A stretch of DNA of 63,921 bases, the filler included, from Octopus bimaculoides (Eukaryota), in NCBI RefSeq assembly GCF_001194135.2. It is 7 parts of 6 records of this genome, joined end to end, with 100 filler letters (N's around TTAATTAATTAA, not from the genome) between each part and the next. Parts side by side here need not be neighbours in the genome. Positions count along the whole stretch, not along the records: positions 1 to 15,743 come from NC_068984.1; positions 15,844 to 26,180 come from NC_068982.1; 5 more parts are not named here. One strand, given 5' to 3'. The position numbers were made by a program, and so were the translations under genes. Positions 13,231 to 25,872 of this stretch are shown in pieces. Under the pieces are notes generated by a model. That model was not told the origin of the DNA. It was given only the letters and a program-made list of their open reading frames with translations, and did no database searches. How positions within the stretch are numbered: the stretch's first letter is position 1; every line of letters begins with the position of its first letter.

Positions 13231-13832
13231 TCTTTTACTCTTTTAATTGTTTCAGTCATTTGACTGCGGCCATGCTGGAGCACCGCCTTTAGTTGAGCAA
13301 ATTGACCCCAGGACATATTCTTTGAAGCCTAGTATTTATTCTATCGGTGTCTTTTCTCGAGCCGCTAAGTTACGGGGACGTAAACACACCAGCATCGGTT
13401 GTCAAGCGATGTTGGGGGGACAAACACAGACACACAAACATACACACACATATATATANNNNNNNNNNNNNNNNNNNNNNNNNNNNNNNNNNNNNNNNNN
13501 NNNNNNNNNNNNNNNNNNNNNNNNNNAGTATTTATTCTATCGGTGTCTTTTCTCGAGCCGCTAAATTACGGGGACGTAAACACACCAGCATCGGTTGTCA
13601 AGCGATGTTGGGGGGACAAACACAGACACACAAACATACACACACATATATATACATATACATATATATATACGACAGGCTTCTTTCAGTTTCCGTCTAC
13701 CAAATCCACTCATAAGGCTTTGGTCGGCCCGAGGCTATAGTAGAAGACACTTGCCCAAGGTGCCACGCAATGGGACTGAACCCGGAACCATATGGTTCGT
13801 AAGTAAGCTACTTACCACACAGCCACTCCTAC
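13231..13832 (-). mobile_element. Near full-length SINE family A (head, internal TA/CA microsatellite, tail)
   Basis: Head at 13670-13832, tail at 13231-13640; part of the tail is duplicated across the N-gap (artefact). Confidence 0.9.
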
Positions 13833-14609
13833 CCCTATACATATATAATTCATATGTATATTCATGTTTGCGGTGAATGTGAATATGTATACGTTTTATG
13901 TTTTGCGTATGTGTTTTCATTTGTATAAATGTCTATATATCTACGCGAGGATGATGTTGACTATGTATTTATGTGTGTGTGTGTTTCTACATATACATGC
14001 GTATGCGTGGTTTTGTCTATCCGCGTGTGTGTATGTGTATATATGTATTTATGCATGCGGCGTGTGTGAATATATGCCTGCTACGAACTTCAATACATGT
14101 ATGTTGTTTACGGTTTTATATAAGTGTTTTTATTTATATAAGTTCTAAGATAAATGTAAACTTTTTTCTATGTGAAGATGACGTTATATATACATATATA
14201 CGTACGTGTGTATGTATTTTCATATTTATATGTATATATATTTTTTTGCATGTATATGCATATGCATGGATATGTATATGCGTATGTGTGTGCGTGTACA
14301 GGTGTGTGTATGAGCATAATAATTCATGCATGGATACATATACGTGTGTATGTGCGTGTATGCATGTGTATGTGTGTGCATGTATATATGTGTGTATGTG
14401 AGTATGTATATATACATATATGTGTGTAAGTGTGTACGTGTATGTATGTATATATACATGCGTACATATGTAGATTTTATGAACGAAGATTTCTATCTTT
14501 ACGTGGTTGTATTTTTATAATATCATATCTTTTACTTTTATTTACTTTTCCACGCCTATTAGAGTAACCTCCATTTATTCAACGGTTTTGTTTTTTTCAT
14601 AGCGTTTTT

Positions 14610-14673
14610 GTCTTAGTAACTGATGAGGATGTCTTTTGATCCCGGCATCTGAAACTCTGAGTATTATTATGAC
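14610..14673 (+). ncRNA. Type I hammerhead ribozyme, intact core
   Basis: GTCTTAGTAA-CTGATGA-GGATGTC[ttttgatccc]GGCATCT-GAA-ACT[ctg]AGT-A-TTATTATGAC. Stem I 10 bp with one mismatch, stem II 7 bp, short stem III, GUA cleavage triplet at 14661-14663. Confidence 0.85.
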
Positions 14674-14694
14674 AATGATAATACTGTCTATTAT

Positions 14695-15380
14695 TCAAGT
14701 TAGCCAGAAAACTGCCTACAACCATTTGCATGCGATCGGAATATCAAAAACAGCTTGCTAAATGGGTATAACACTATTTGAACGAAAATCAGAAAATGCA
14801 CAGATATAAAATTTGTTCGTCGCTTCTTCTTCGTAACTAGACGGATCCATTTCTCGACTGTATTGTAACTCACAATAGTAAAAAACGTTCTTCGCAGTGG
14901 TTGGACCAAAATGAAACACCGAAGACCTTCCCGAAACCCAAGCTCTTCAAAAAGAAGGTTATGGTGACTATTTAGTGGTGTACTGCTGGACTCATCCATT
15001 ATATTTTCTTAGAACTCGGAAAAAGCATTACTGCAGAAACATGTTACCGTGAAATTGTCACGATGAATGAAAAACTGCTACTCTTCTGTCCCAGACTGGT
15101 CAACAGAAGAGAGGCCAATCGTTCTTCAAGACAATACTCGACCACACGTTTCACTAATGACGCTCGAGAAGTTGAGTGAACTTGGCTACAATGTTCTTCC
15201 CCACTCAGCTTATTCCCCAGGCCTTTCTCCTACTGATGCTACTTTTTCAAGCATCTTGTTGGGTTCCTGCGAGAGAAGGAGCTTAAAAATCAAACCGATG
15301 CTGAAAGTGCATTGAAAGAGTTCATCAGCACCAGAACACCAAAATTTTGTTACCGGAATAAACAAACTTGTAGCTCGTTG
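14695..15380 (+). mobile_element. Decayed mariner transposase fragment
   Basis: KWV.H.LNENQKMHR, KKVMVTI, LQDNTRPHVS...LGYNVLPHSAYSPGLSPTD across frameshifts. Confidence 0.88.
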
Positions 15381-15684
15381 TAGCTCGTCAACTTTGTGTT
15401 GACATCCTTTCGGGAGTCGATAAAGAAGTATTAATCTTGCATCTTCTGTCCCTCTAATACTTTCTTTCTACTAATTTCTTAAGAAATCGACTGTGGTCAC
15501 TACTGGGGCGAAATAGGCTCCACTAGGTCTAAAATGCCTAAAATACATTCATATGTCATAATGGCAAGCCCATGACACCATGTTGGCGTTAAAAGCTAAC
15601 GCTAAGGCATAATATGGTATATACGCGTGTGTACAAGTTTAGTGGAACAAACAAGAGAAAAAGACTTCGATACAAGTGTATGCA

Positions 15685-15743
<59 letters not shown>

Positions 15744-15843
15744 NNNNNNNNNNNNNNNNNNNNNNNNNNNNNNNNNNNNNNNNNNNNTTAATTAATTAAN
15801 NNNNNNNNNNNNNNNNNNNNNNNNNNNNNNNNNNNNNNNNNNN
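15744..15843. other. Assembly gap spacer N44-TTAATTAATTAA-N44 (the 12-mer also occurs at 26225, 46264, 54413, 57830 and 62434)
   Basis: Identical 100-bp layout six times; the 12-mer gives a stop codon in all six frames. Confidence 0.95.
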
Positions 15844-15874
<31 letters not shown>

Positions 15875-15876
<2 letters not shown>

Positions 15877-16015
15877 CGCTTCTTTCAGTTTCCATCTACC
15901 AATTCTACTTGCAAGGCTTTAGTTGGCCTGAGGTTATAGTAGCAAGGTTCAATGCAATGGGACTGAAACAAGAACCATGTGGTTGGGAATCAAGCTTCTT
16001 ACCACACAACCTGCG
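15875..16015 (-). mobile_element. SINE family A head, CpG-decayed
   Basis: Same head with ccgtc>ccatc and gtcggcccg>gttggcctg changes. Confidence 0.75.
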
Positions 16016-16524
16016 AGCTTCTTACCGAACATGCCTGCAAGCTTCTTATCACATATGTCTGCGCCTATATATGAAAACAAATTAAAACATTAAGATGAAC
16101 TACACACAAAACTAAATTGTTTTTGTGACAAAACAATTATGCCAACCATATTTGTTGAAGTCAAGAGAAGTCAATTATTTTAATTTTATTCCCTAAATTG
16201 TAAATACTGCACAAATAGCACCACATGAACAGATATAGTTTCAACATGCTTCTCAACAGATCAGCTTCTTATTGGCTATTATGCTATCTTTTAGTCATGT
16301 TGACTGCTCTATTGCTACTATGTTACCTTGCAGCCAGGCTCACCATCAACAAGATCAAAAAATATACAAGCTGGAAATAAACAACTGAAATGTATTCTTT
16401 AGAAATCTTTCAAAAAAATTATTCCATTTTTAAAATGAAAATAATTGCTTTGTATGTAAGACCAAAAGTGATTAACATTAACAAGAAACCAGATAAGTTG
16501 ATTCTAAAGAGATCAGAGGGGAAT

Positions 16525-17690
16525 CATCATCATCATCGTTTAACATCTGCTTTCTATGCTGGTAAGGGTTGGATGGTTTGACTGAGGACTGGCAAGCTGG
16601 GAGCCTGCACCAGGCCCCAATCTGATTTGGCAAGGTTTCTACAGCTGGATGCTCTTCCTAATACCATCCACTCCAAGAATGTAGTGGGTGCTTTTTATGT
16701 GTCACAAGCACAGGAGCCAGTTAGGTGGCACTGGCATCAACCACACTCAAATGGTACTTTTTATAGGCCACTTGCATGGGAGCCAGTCAGGTAGCACTGG
16801 CCTCAACCACTCTTGAATGGTGCTTTTTATGTGTCACCGGCAAGGGGTGCCAGTCAGGTGGCAAGGTCATTGGCCACACTTGAATGGTGCTTTTTATGTG
16901 CCATTGGCATGGAAGCTAGTCAGGCACCACTAGCATTGGCCATGGTCAAATGATGCTTTTTACATGCCACCAGCATGGGTGCCAGTCAGGCATCAGCCAT
17001 GACTATGATTTCACTTGGTTCAACAAATCTTTACAAGCACAGCATATTGCACAATGATTGAGAGCTGCTTTTAAATGGGCCAGTTATGTGACACTGGCCT
17101 CGCCTATGATCTCACTTGGCTTGCTGAGTCTTCTCAAGCACAGCATATCTCCAAAGGTTTCAGTTGCTTCTTATTGCCTCTGTCAGGCTCAATGTTCGAA
17201 GGTTGTGCTTCATCACTTCATTGCACCTTTTACACAGGTTCCTTCTACTGTTAGGATGTGACACTTCTTCACACAGCTGTCTTCATTCATACACAACACA
17301 TGACCATACCAGTGCAGCCGTCTTTCTTGCACACCATATCTGATGCTTCTTATGTTCAACTTTTCCCTCAGGGCACTTACACTCTGTCATGTATGCACAC
17401 TGACATTACACATCCAGTGAAGCATACTAGCTTCAATTCTTTCAAGCTTACGCATGTCCTCAGCAGTCACAACCCATCTTTCACTGCCATGTAGCATGGC
17501 TTTTTGCACATATGTATCATATAGTCTACTTTTCACTCTGAGTGAGAGGCTCTTTGTTACCACCTCTCTGAACTTTGCCCAGACTATTCTTATTCTAACA
17601 GCTATGCTCTCAGAACATCCACTCTCACTACTGACTTGGTCACCTAGGTAACAGAAGCTATCAACTACTTCTAGTTTTTTCCCCTGGCAT
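16525..17690 (-). mobile_element. RTE-clade LINE 3' fragment with expanded 3'UTR
   Basis: LEVVDSFCYLGDQV...KFRE...LHGSE.W...RLHWYGHVL; the tail ends in (gat)n at 16525-16537. Confidence 0.88.
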
Positions 17691-17699
17691 GTGATAGAA

Positions 17700-19378
17700 T
17701 CTGAATATTTACAATAATATTAATGTCCTTTCATTTTGGCAAAATAGTGGTACTTTATATGTACTTCTGCCATCGAGATAATAAAATATCAAACAAAAGC
17801 AATAGGAAAATTTCGTAAAATCTTTCATTTCTTTAACTCCAGCACTCTTTCAATCCAATGATCACATCATGTACTTCCAACTTTAAATCCCCATTTCTGA
17901 CAAAGCTTCCAGTGTAAAACTTTCTTTCACAACTTGGTCATCCTGCCATTTCTTATATTCTCCCTGGGCCAACTTGTGACATTTTTAAAGCTTGATTTTG
18001 AGCTGCTATAATTAGGCTTTCTGTTACTTTTTTAATTGTTCTTTTTTCAACCAAGGATTTTGTTCAACCAAAGATTTTGTCCTCGTTGGCTTTCTCTTCA
18101 TTCTGCATAACATGTTCTCTTTGAATTTCATTCTTGTCCTTTTCTCCTATTGCACACTTGATCAACTATAGTTTATTCACTGTCTTTTGTAATTTCTCTG
18201 CTTTTTTGTGAATATTCTAGGTGTTTTGTTTCCATCTGGCCATACTCTTCCACAGCAATTAAGCCTCTTCCACCTTGGTCTCTCTTCAAGTACATCTGGT
18301 CCATATCAGCTTTCAGATGATGGCGTCCAAACATTGTCAACAACTTTCTAGCCTTTCTGTTAAGTTTCTGTATGTCACTTTAGTTTCAATCTACAATTCC
18401 AATTCCATATCTGATTACTGGTACTGCCCTTGAATTTATTGCTTCAATAACTTATTTTGAATTCAACTTTGACCATAATATTTTTCTCACTCTCCTCGTA
18501 TACTCCTTATTGGTTATTTGTCTTATCTCTTCATGTTTTATCTGCTTTCACTATTTCCAAAATACTTATACTATTGTCCTTATACAACTGCTTTCATTGT
18601 TTGACCATTTGGTATTTTAGGTCCCTGGCTTCCATCAAATCTTCTTCATTTCATTATCAATAAAGCAGATTTTTCATCCAAAATTCCATACCGACATCAT
18701 CTGACATAATATGAACAGTATGTACAAGACTTTCAAGCTGCTTCTCATTTTTTGTATAATGCTTTATATCATCCATAAAAAGGAGATGATTTATCTTACT
18801 ATATCTTTTTCCGAAATCATAAACTACTTTAATTTTTTGTAATTTCAAACTGAGTGGTATCATGGCCAGTACAAATTGAAATGGAAATAAGCTATCACCT
18901 AGAAATATATCATGTCTAATGTTCACTTTCCTGAGTCTTTGTTTACCTCAAATCAATTCAGTATTCGAATGTTTCATACTTTCATTAACAATTTCCTCCA
19001 TATTTTCTCTCATTCTAAACATGCCTATTGTTTTACTTATCTGACTGTACAGTACCATGTCATATACTGGTTTGTGTTCTAACCATGCTACATTCAACCT
19101 CATCAATCTGTGTCTACAATTTCTAATTATCATTTTATCAATTATCAAGTGGTCTTTTGTTGCCCTGCATCCTTTCTGTTCTTCTGGAAGTAGAATGTTA
19201 CTTTCTAGATGTTAATATAACTTTTCCGCCAAGACACTGGTCATAGGCTTCAATATAAATGGTAAACAGGTTGTAGGCTGAAAATTTGATACCAGTTTAC
19301 TTTTCAAGGGATCATTGGGAAATAGTGACATTCTTCCACATGTCTTCCAGGTAAAAATGTGACCCTGCTACAAACATT
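17700..19378 (-). mobile_element. Dong/R4-type LINE fragment (RT and thumb), 5' truncated
   Basis: NFQPTTCLP, LPEEQKGCR, IFLGDSLFP..FVLAMIPLS, INHLLFMDDIK.Y.KNEKQLESLVHTV. Confidence 0.88.
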
Positions 19379-19394
19379 CGTTATTATTATTATT

Positions 19395-21460
19395 CAGTAG
19401 TCTTATTTTTACTATGTGCTTTCACTGCACTACTGAGCACAGCTCTGTGTGACTAGAGTATGTGCTGTGGTTTATTTTGGTGACATTACTTTCACTGGGA
19501 TAAAAGTGCTTTACATAGGATGTATGCGGTGCCTAGTAGTGCTATTTCTGTATGGTAAATACATTCATAAGTTCTGGTGTTTTGGTTATGCATTTGTCTG
19601 TAAGTTTTTTAGTCATATCTAATGCAACTATTATTATAGGGATTGTTTCTGTTTTTAGGCTCCAATTCATGCTATCTCGATTTCCAGATCTTTGTATTTT
19701 GAGAGATTCTCCATTTCTTTTAGAAATACATTATCATCTGTTAGAATTGATACATCGATTAGAAGGCATTCTTTTTTCTTGATGGCCTCTGACAACTATA
19801 TCCAATCTAATAGATCTTTCAATCAGTGTGTATCAGTATGGTTGGTTTGTCATTTTCTGAGGTCATTTCTGAGATATGACTATACTATTTTTTTGAGTTG
19901 TCATTCCATAGTGTTGGCATAGCTTCCAGTGTATACAGGTCCCAATTCTGTCATATCTGTGGATATATTCCTTCTTAACCAGGACTGAGCAGCCAGAGAA
20001 AATATGATTTATTGCTTCTTCCCCACCACTACATATTCTGCCATTACTTATTGTATCTTCTTTATGTGTTTCTGGTGATTCCTGATGGGGAGGCTTTGAT
20101 CTTGTGCTGCAATTAAAAATCCTTCTCTGCTTTGAGTCCTGAGTTTCTCAACCATTGTTGGGATTTTTTACTTTGTCTATTCCTTTCTGTTTAGCTTATC
20201 CCAGTATTTGCCATGTAAGGTCTTTTCTTGCCATCGTTTTATCATGGTATTTTGTCATTTCCGTTTAGATTGGATTTCAGCTGCTCTCCAGCTTTTGTTA
20301 TTTGCTCTTTTCCTTCATAGTTGTCAAATACTATGACCTCTTTCTTGTTTTTTCAACTTCCTTAAAAACGATAAACAGTTTTTTGTTTTGCTCATGTTTT
20401 GTGACTATTTGTACCAGTTTTCCTTGGTTCTGAGTTAGATATTTCTGTAATCCTATTGTGGTTATTTTATAATAGTTTTCTAGTTACATAAGGTCTCTGC
20501 CTCCTTTAATTCGTTCTATATATAACCTTTCTGTGTCAGATTTTGAGCGTGTATCCTAAATTATGTCAATATTTTTTTTTTCCTGTCTAGTTTGTTTAGT
20601 TCGTTTAGTATCCAATTAAGAACATCGTAACTGTAATATTTATAACTGAGACAGCTAGAGTATTGATACTTATTATCTTGTTTTTCACATTGTGCTCTGT
20701 TTTAAGTATTAATCTAACTCATCTACAGTATTCTCTCCTCATCTCTTTCATTTGTGTGTATTGTATCATATATAGTTCATTGATTCCTAAGTGTTTGTAT
20801 GTCTGGCTTTAGTCTAATTCTCTCATTTCATTTGCTTTATCTACTGTGATGTTGTTACACTTAAGTCATTTTTCCCTTTTCACCTTTGCTTTGGCTCATT
20901 TTTATAAGCCGAATTTTACATTTTTTGGTAAATTCATGCACCGTCTGTAGTAATGTTTCTAGTTGTTTATCTTTTGCTGCATACAGTTTTAAATCATCCA
21001 TATACCAGAGATGGTTGCTTGTTTTACCATAGTAGTTATATCTACATCTAGTTCTGTTAAGCATGTCAGCTAAAGGCATCAGTATCAGGATGGAAAGGAA
21101 TGAAGAGAGCAAGTCTCCATGGAATATTCCTCTTTTGATGGGGATGGCTCTAGTTTTTATTATTCTTTCTTTTTGTCTGGAACTACAGCAGTGTTTGCCA
21201 TTTATTCATAGCATGTTATATATATTATTTTGTTGTTGTTGCTACATTGTTAAGATTAGTGTTTGAAGGATCCATGTGTTGATAATACTGTCAAAAGCCT
21301 TTTGGTAACCAAACCAAGCCATGCTTAGACTCTTCATTTTCTTTTGGCTGTCTTCAATTATGGCTTCATTGATCAATAACTGATTTTTACAACCATATGA
21401 GTGTTTGCAGCATTTATAGACGATTAGTAGTGGGGAACTGCAAAAATGTTCTCAGAGAGA
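19395..21460 (-). mobile_element. Dong/R4-type LINE 3' portion (RT to REL and 3'UTR) ending in (TAA)n
   Basis: NHLWYMDDLKLYA, TLHGKYW, FLIAAQDQSL, HIFSGC, KYKDLEIE; the 3'UTR abuts the ATT array at 19381-19394. Confidence 0.88.
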
Positions 21461-21469
21461 CTCTAGGCA

Positions 21470-22270
21470 TCGGTGAAAACGAAATGGCCAGTCTGTTCTG
21501 GAAGACTGTCCGGTTCGGAACTATCATAGATAATTTCCAGATGTCTTTGGCCTGACGACAGTACTATGGAGGTGGGGGTGCTACTGGTTTGATGAAATAA
21601 ACTCTACACGCATGGATGTGCTGTCAGCTGGGCTTGTCTGAGATGCATGCAAAGTGACAAAACCATTCTGCATGTACTTGTTCAGTGTCCAAGCATTGCT
21701 AACTTGTGGGGTTATGTCAAACAGATGCTGTCATGTGAGGGATAATTCCATCTGTCAGCTAAGTCCATAGTCATGATTGCCTCACTGCCCTTCTTTAATC
21801 AAGAAAGCAAAGCAGTTTTCCTGATGGCTGTGGCAAAAGAGGTTGTCTGGTAGACAAGACTGAAGGGCATGAGGACAGATACTTTCCTCTTTGGTAGAGT
21901 TCTCATTAACTTCTTCAAGTTTTACTTGAAAAGGAAATTGAGGGTGGAGAGAGAAGAACTGTCTTTGAGTGAGTTTATTGAAAGGTGGATGATAGTTACA
22001 AAAATGCCAAGAGTGGATGGTACCACTTTAAGTGCAGACCTGTGGGTCAGAGAAGGAGAATTGGTGAGGGCACTTGCCCTTAGTGTCCAGGAAGATCTTA
22101 CACAATCGGGTTCCTCAATTTTCCTTAGAGGTCATTCTCTATCAGGAGGACTACATCTCCATCATCCACCCACCATTTTTGTTAACCTTTTTATACTACG
22201 CATGTTTCCCTTCCTTTTCCTTGTACACCGTGTATACTTATATTAAATTTTTTTTTTATATGATATATTT
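21470..22270 (+). mobile_element. L1/Tx1-clade LINE ORF2 C-terminal fragment
   Basis: CLRC...TILHVLVQCPSIA.LW, AKEVVW.TRLKG, FFKFYLKRKLRVER...F.ERW. Confidence 0.75.
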
Positions 22271-22491
22271 TGTCATTTCCTTTTATGTAAACTCCCACAT
22301 TTAATGTCTGTTTTATACTGTTCCCCTCATCCTTTACCCTGGTGGCAAATAAATGAAATCAATGCTGATTTTTGTAGGTATTCTCCCTTCACACTTAGTG
22401 TTGAAGTTGGTAGTTGAGTGCTGATACTTCCAAGCATGTACTGATACTTCCGAAAATGTGCTGATACTTCTGAACATGTGCTGATATTTAT

Positions 22492-22571
22492 GGTGAGCAT
22501 GGAAGCTGTGGGCACGAGCCCAGGTGAAACCGACTGCAGGTGCAGATCTCAGTGGTAGTAGCAAATATTCG
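22492..22571 (+). pseudogene. 28S rRNA-derived fragment (~80 bp)
   Basis: ...GCCCAGGTGAAACCGACTGCAGGTGCAGATCTCAGTGGTAGTAGCAAATATTC matches the conserved LSU segment GCAGGTGCAGATCTTGGTGGTAGTAGCAAATATTC (recalled, not aligned). Confidence 0.85.
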
Positions 22572-22599
22572 AAGTTGAGTGCTGATACTTCTGAGTGTG

Positions 22600-23150
22600 T
22601 CAATTATTACTGATACTATATCTATTCTCCTCATTGATCATAGCCTTCGTATTTCCCACTTCAAATCATCATAGTTGTTTATTTTTCCTTCTTTCTCCTT
22701 GATCCTGTTATCCCCAGGATATACTATGTCAATTACCATGCATTTTTTTTTCCATCACAACAATGTCCAGTTTCTGATGTCTGGTCAGGTGATCGCACTG
22801 AATCAGTTCATCCCACAAGATTTTGCAATTTTCATTCTTGGAGACTCCTTCTGCTTATACCTCTCCTTTGTCCTTTGTAGGCCGTGGTTTCCACAGAGCT
22901 CCAGTGGATCATTCTTGCTACACTGTCATATCCTTTGTATTTGTGTTGTGCCAATTTTGGGTATTCGCTAACAATGTACTATACCATTTCATCCCGTTCA
23001 CCATACATTCTGCATTCGTCACTGTCAGTAGTATTGTTTATTCTGCACTTCACAAAGTTGGTCCTTAATGCTTGTTCTTGAGCTGTGCATATAAGTGTTT
23101 CTGCCTTTATCTTCGGGTTCAACAGTTCGACTGAAAGTTGGTAAGCTGGG
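22600..23150 (-). mobile_element. Dong/R4-type LINE C-terminal fragment (zinc knuckle and REL)
   Basis: KAETLICTAQEQALRTN...CRMYGERDE, DIVVMEKK...IDIVYPGD...YDDLKWEIRRLW. Confidence 0.85.
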
Positions 23151-23159
23151 GAGATGCAC

Positions 23160-24429
23160 CCGGTTTCAATCTGATTTGGCATGGTTTCTACAGGTGCATG
23201 TCCTTCCTAATGCCAACCACTCCAAGAGTGTAGTGGATGTTTTTTTTTTTGTGCCACCAGCATAGGTACCAATTACAAAACATCAGGATCAGCCACAACT
23301 ATGGTCTCACTTAGCTTGACAGGTCTTCTCAAGCATGGTATATTGCCAAATGTTTTGGTCATTCATCACTACCTCCATGAGGCCCAAAGTTCAAAGGGTG
23401 TTTTTTATATGGCACCATCACAGTGCCAAGTATGTAATATTGGAATCAGCTCTAAGATTTCACTTGGTTTGACGAGTTTTCTCAAATACAACATATTGCC
23501 CAACGTTTGAAGGTTGCTTTTTATATGCTATTGGCATGAGTGCCAGTTACACAACAATGGCATCAGCCATGACTGTGATTTCACTTGGCTTAACAGGTCT
23601 TCTCAAGCACAGCATATCGACAAAGGTCTTAATCACTTGTCATTGCCTCATGAAGCTCAATGTTCAAAGATCAGGCTTCCCTACCTTGTTTCATGTCTTC
23701 CTGGGTCTACTTTTAACAGGTCCCCTCCACAGTTAAAGATCAGTACTAGATCACACAGTTGTCCTTATCCATATGCGTTTCATGACCATACTAGCACAGT
23801 TGTCTTTCTCGTGCACCACATCTGATGCGCCTTATGTCCAACTTCTCTCTCAAAATGCTTACACTCAGTCATACATGTACACTGACATTGCACATCCAGT
23901 GAAGCATACTAACTACATTTCATTACAGCCCATGTTTCACTGCCATGTAGCATGGCTGTTCACACACAAACATCATTCAATCTGTTTTTCATTCTGAGGG
24001 AGAGGCACTTTGTTACCAACAGAGGTAGTAGCTCCCTGAACTTTACCCAGCCTATTCTTATTCTAGCAGCTACACTCTCAGAACATCCACATCTGCTACT
24101 GACTTGGTCACCTAGGTAATGGAAGATATCAGCTACTTCTAGCTTTTCCCCATTGGCATTTGATGAAGTCTATTATCTGTACATTTTTAGTGTTAATTGT
24201 ACCTATGCACCTTCCACACACAAAACCTATTTCCCTTGTTAACGTTCATAGAGAGTCGAGGTGATGGGTGTTCCACATTGGGTCACCAACTTTAGATGGT
24301 CAAGGTGAAGTTTGATGTGACCATCTACTAACAACTCTGTTCAGAAGGCTGAAATAATGCATATAATGTGCCAGTTGGAAAGGAGAGACACAACTGTATA
24401 GAAGGTTTAGAGAAAGATTTATTGATAGC

Positions 24430-24506
<77 letters not shown>

Positions 24507-25795
24507 GTATGCATCGTGTATATAGAATAAATGACAAACTGACATGAGAACAAAGTGTATGTGTGTCTGTCAGAACAATGAAGAGGAAGAAAGTAGAAGA
24601 GTCTAAAATGAGATGTTAGATGAATGTTCGTAGACACAAGAATGAGAAATACCAGTTTCAAAGTCAATTGTACACAGTAATAGAAATACTGTATCAAGAA
24701 GTTATGATGATGATGCAGAGCCGGGGTGGTATGTGTCGTACAAAGTTGTGGCTGTAATGCTGCTGCCTGAGTTACTTGTACATGAATTTTCGCTGGTTGT
24801 ATTCACTGTTAATCATGGTGAAGTAATTCACAAATAGTGCTATGTTAGAACCTGTGCAGTGTTGCTGGTTGCTGTGTATGTAGGAATGTTGTTGAAGTCA
24901 TTAAGAAAATGGTGGTGACGAAGAAAGAGATTGCCATCTGGGTGTTGTCATCTGGCTCGCAGGTTGTATATTTGCTGTTGATTCAGGGTGAAGTATTTTA
25001 CAAACAGTGCTATGTTGAAACCTGGACATCTAGCATTGTCACTGAAACTGGCTGTGTCTTGTGTGGTCAGTGGCTAGACCGTAGAAGGTCTGGAACCAAA
25101 GAGATGAGGAGTAGCTGGGTTTTTATGAAGAAAAATAGGCCCAACGGGCTTGAGAAAAGGGCTGTCTCACATGATCTTATTTAGGGATCTGATTGGTTAT
25201 ACTGCAGATTGACACCACAGAGTAAGAGACAAATTGTGCCAATACCAAACAATCAGAGTAGTGGACACAACTAATCAGATTAGCGGCTAAAGGTTAGCTG
25301 TTATCTGCTATGTTCGAATGTATGTATATATAATAAAGGGGAGAAGAATTTCACTCAAGTGTACGCTACACCTTCCTCTGATATTGCAGCACCTGTTATG
25401 TGTCCATAGCTTACACAAGATACATCTTATGGAGTTACTACCTACACTTTTTCTACAGATCAATCAAGGCCATCTACCTGAAGAAATGTTTATTTGTCTG
25501 CTTTCCTACTTATTAAGACTTTGGTTTTTGCTAGATTAACTCAAAGGCCCATTGATTCTAGACCTTGCTTCCAAGCCTGAAATTTCTCTAGTTCTGGTAG
25601 TGATTCAGCTATAAGAACAAGGTCATCAGTATAGAGGAGCTCCCAAGGGAAACTAGTCTTAAATTCTTCTGTTATAGCCTGGAGGACTATGATGAACAAT
25701 AGGGGGCTGAGAACCGATCTTTGGTGAACTCCTATCTGTACACTGAATCTTTTGCTATATTCATTGCCAACCTTCACCTTACTTTTATGTCTTGT
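23160..25795 (-). mobile_element. RTE-clade LINE, 5' truncated, split by an insertion at 24243-25370
   Basis: GVHQRSVLSPLLFIIVL...WELLYTDDLVLIAES (RT), then a Cys-rich segment, then FHYLGDQV...GWVKFRE; the halves join as atcagaggaagg|ttaacaaggg. Confidence 0.88.
24243..25370 (-). mobile_element. Unclassified ~1.13-kb insertion, possibly a solo LTR
   Basis: Interrupts the RTE frame; flanks cgttc/ccttc (5 bp, one mismatch); minus-strand start TGTAG; internal ~65-bp direct repeat; the other end lacks CA. Confidence 0.4.
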
Positions 25796-25811
25796 CCTGC
25801 AGTGGCTGGTA

Positions 25812-25869
<58 letters not shown>

Positions 25870-25872
25870 GTT

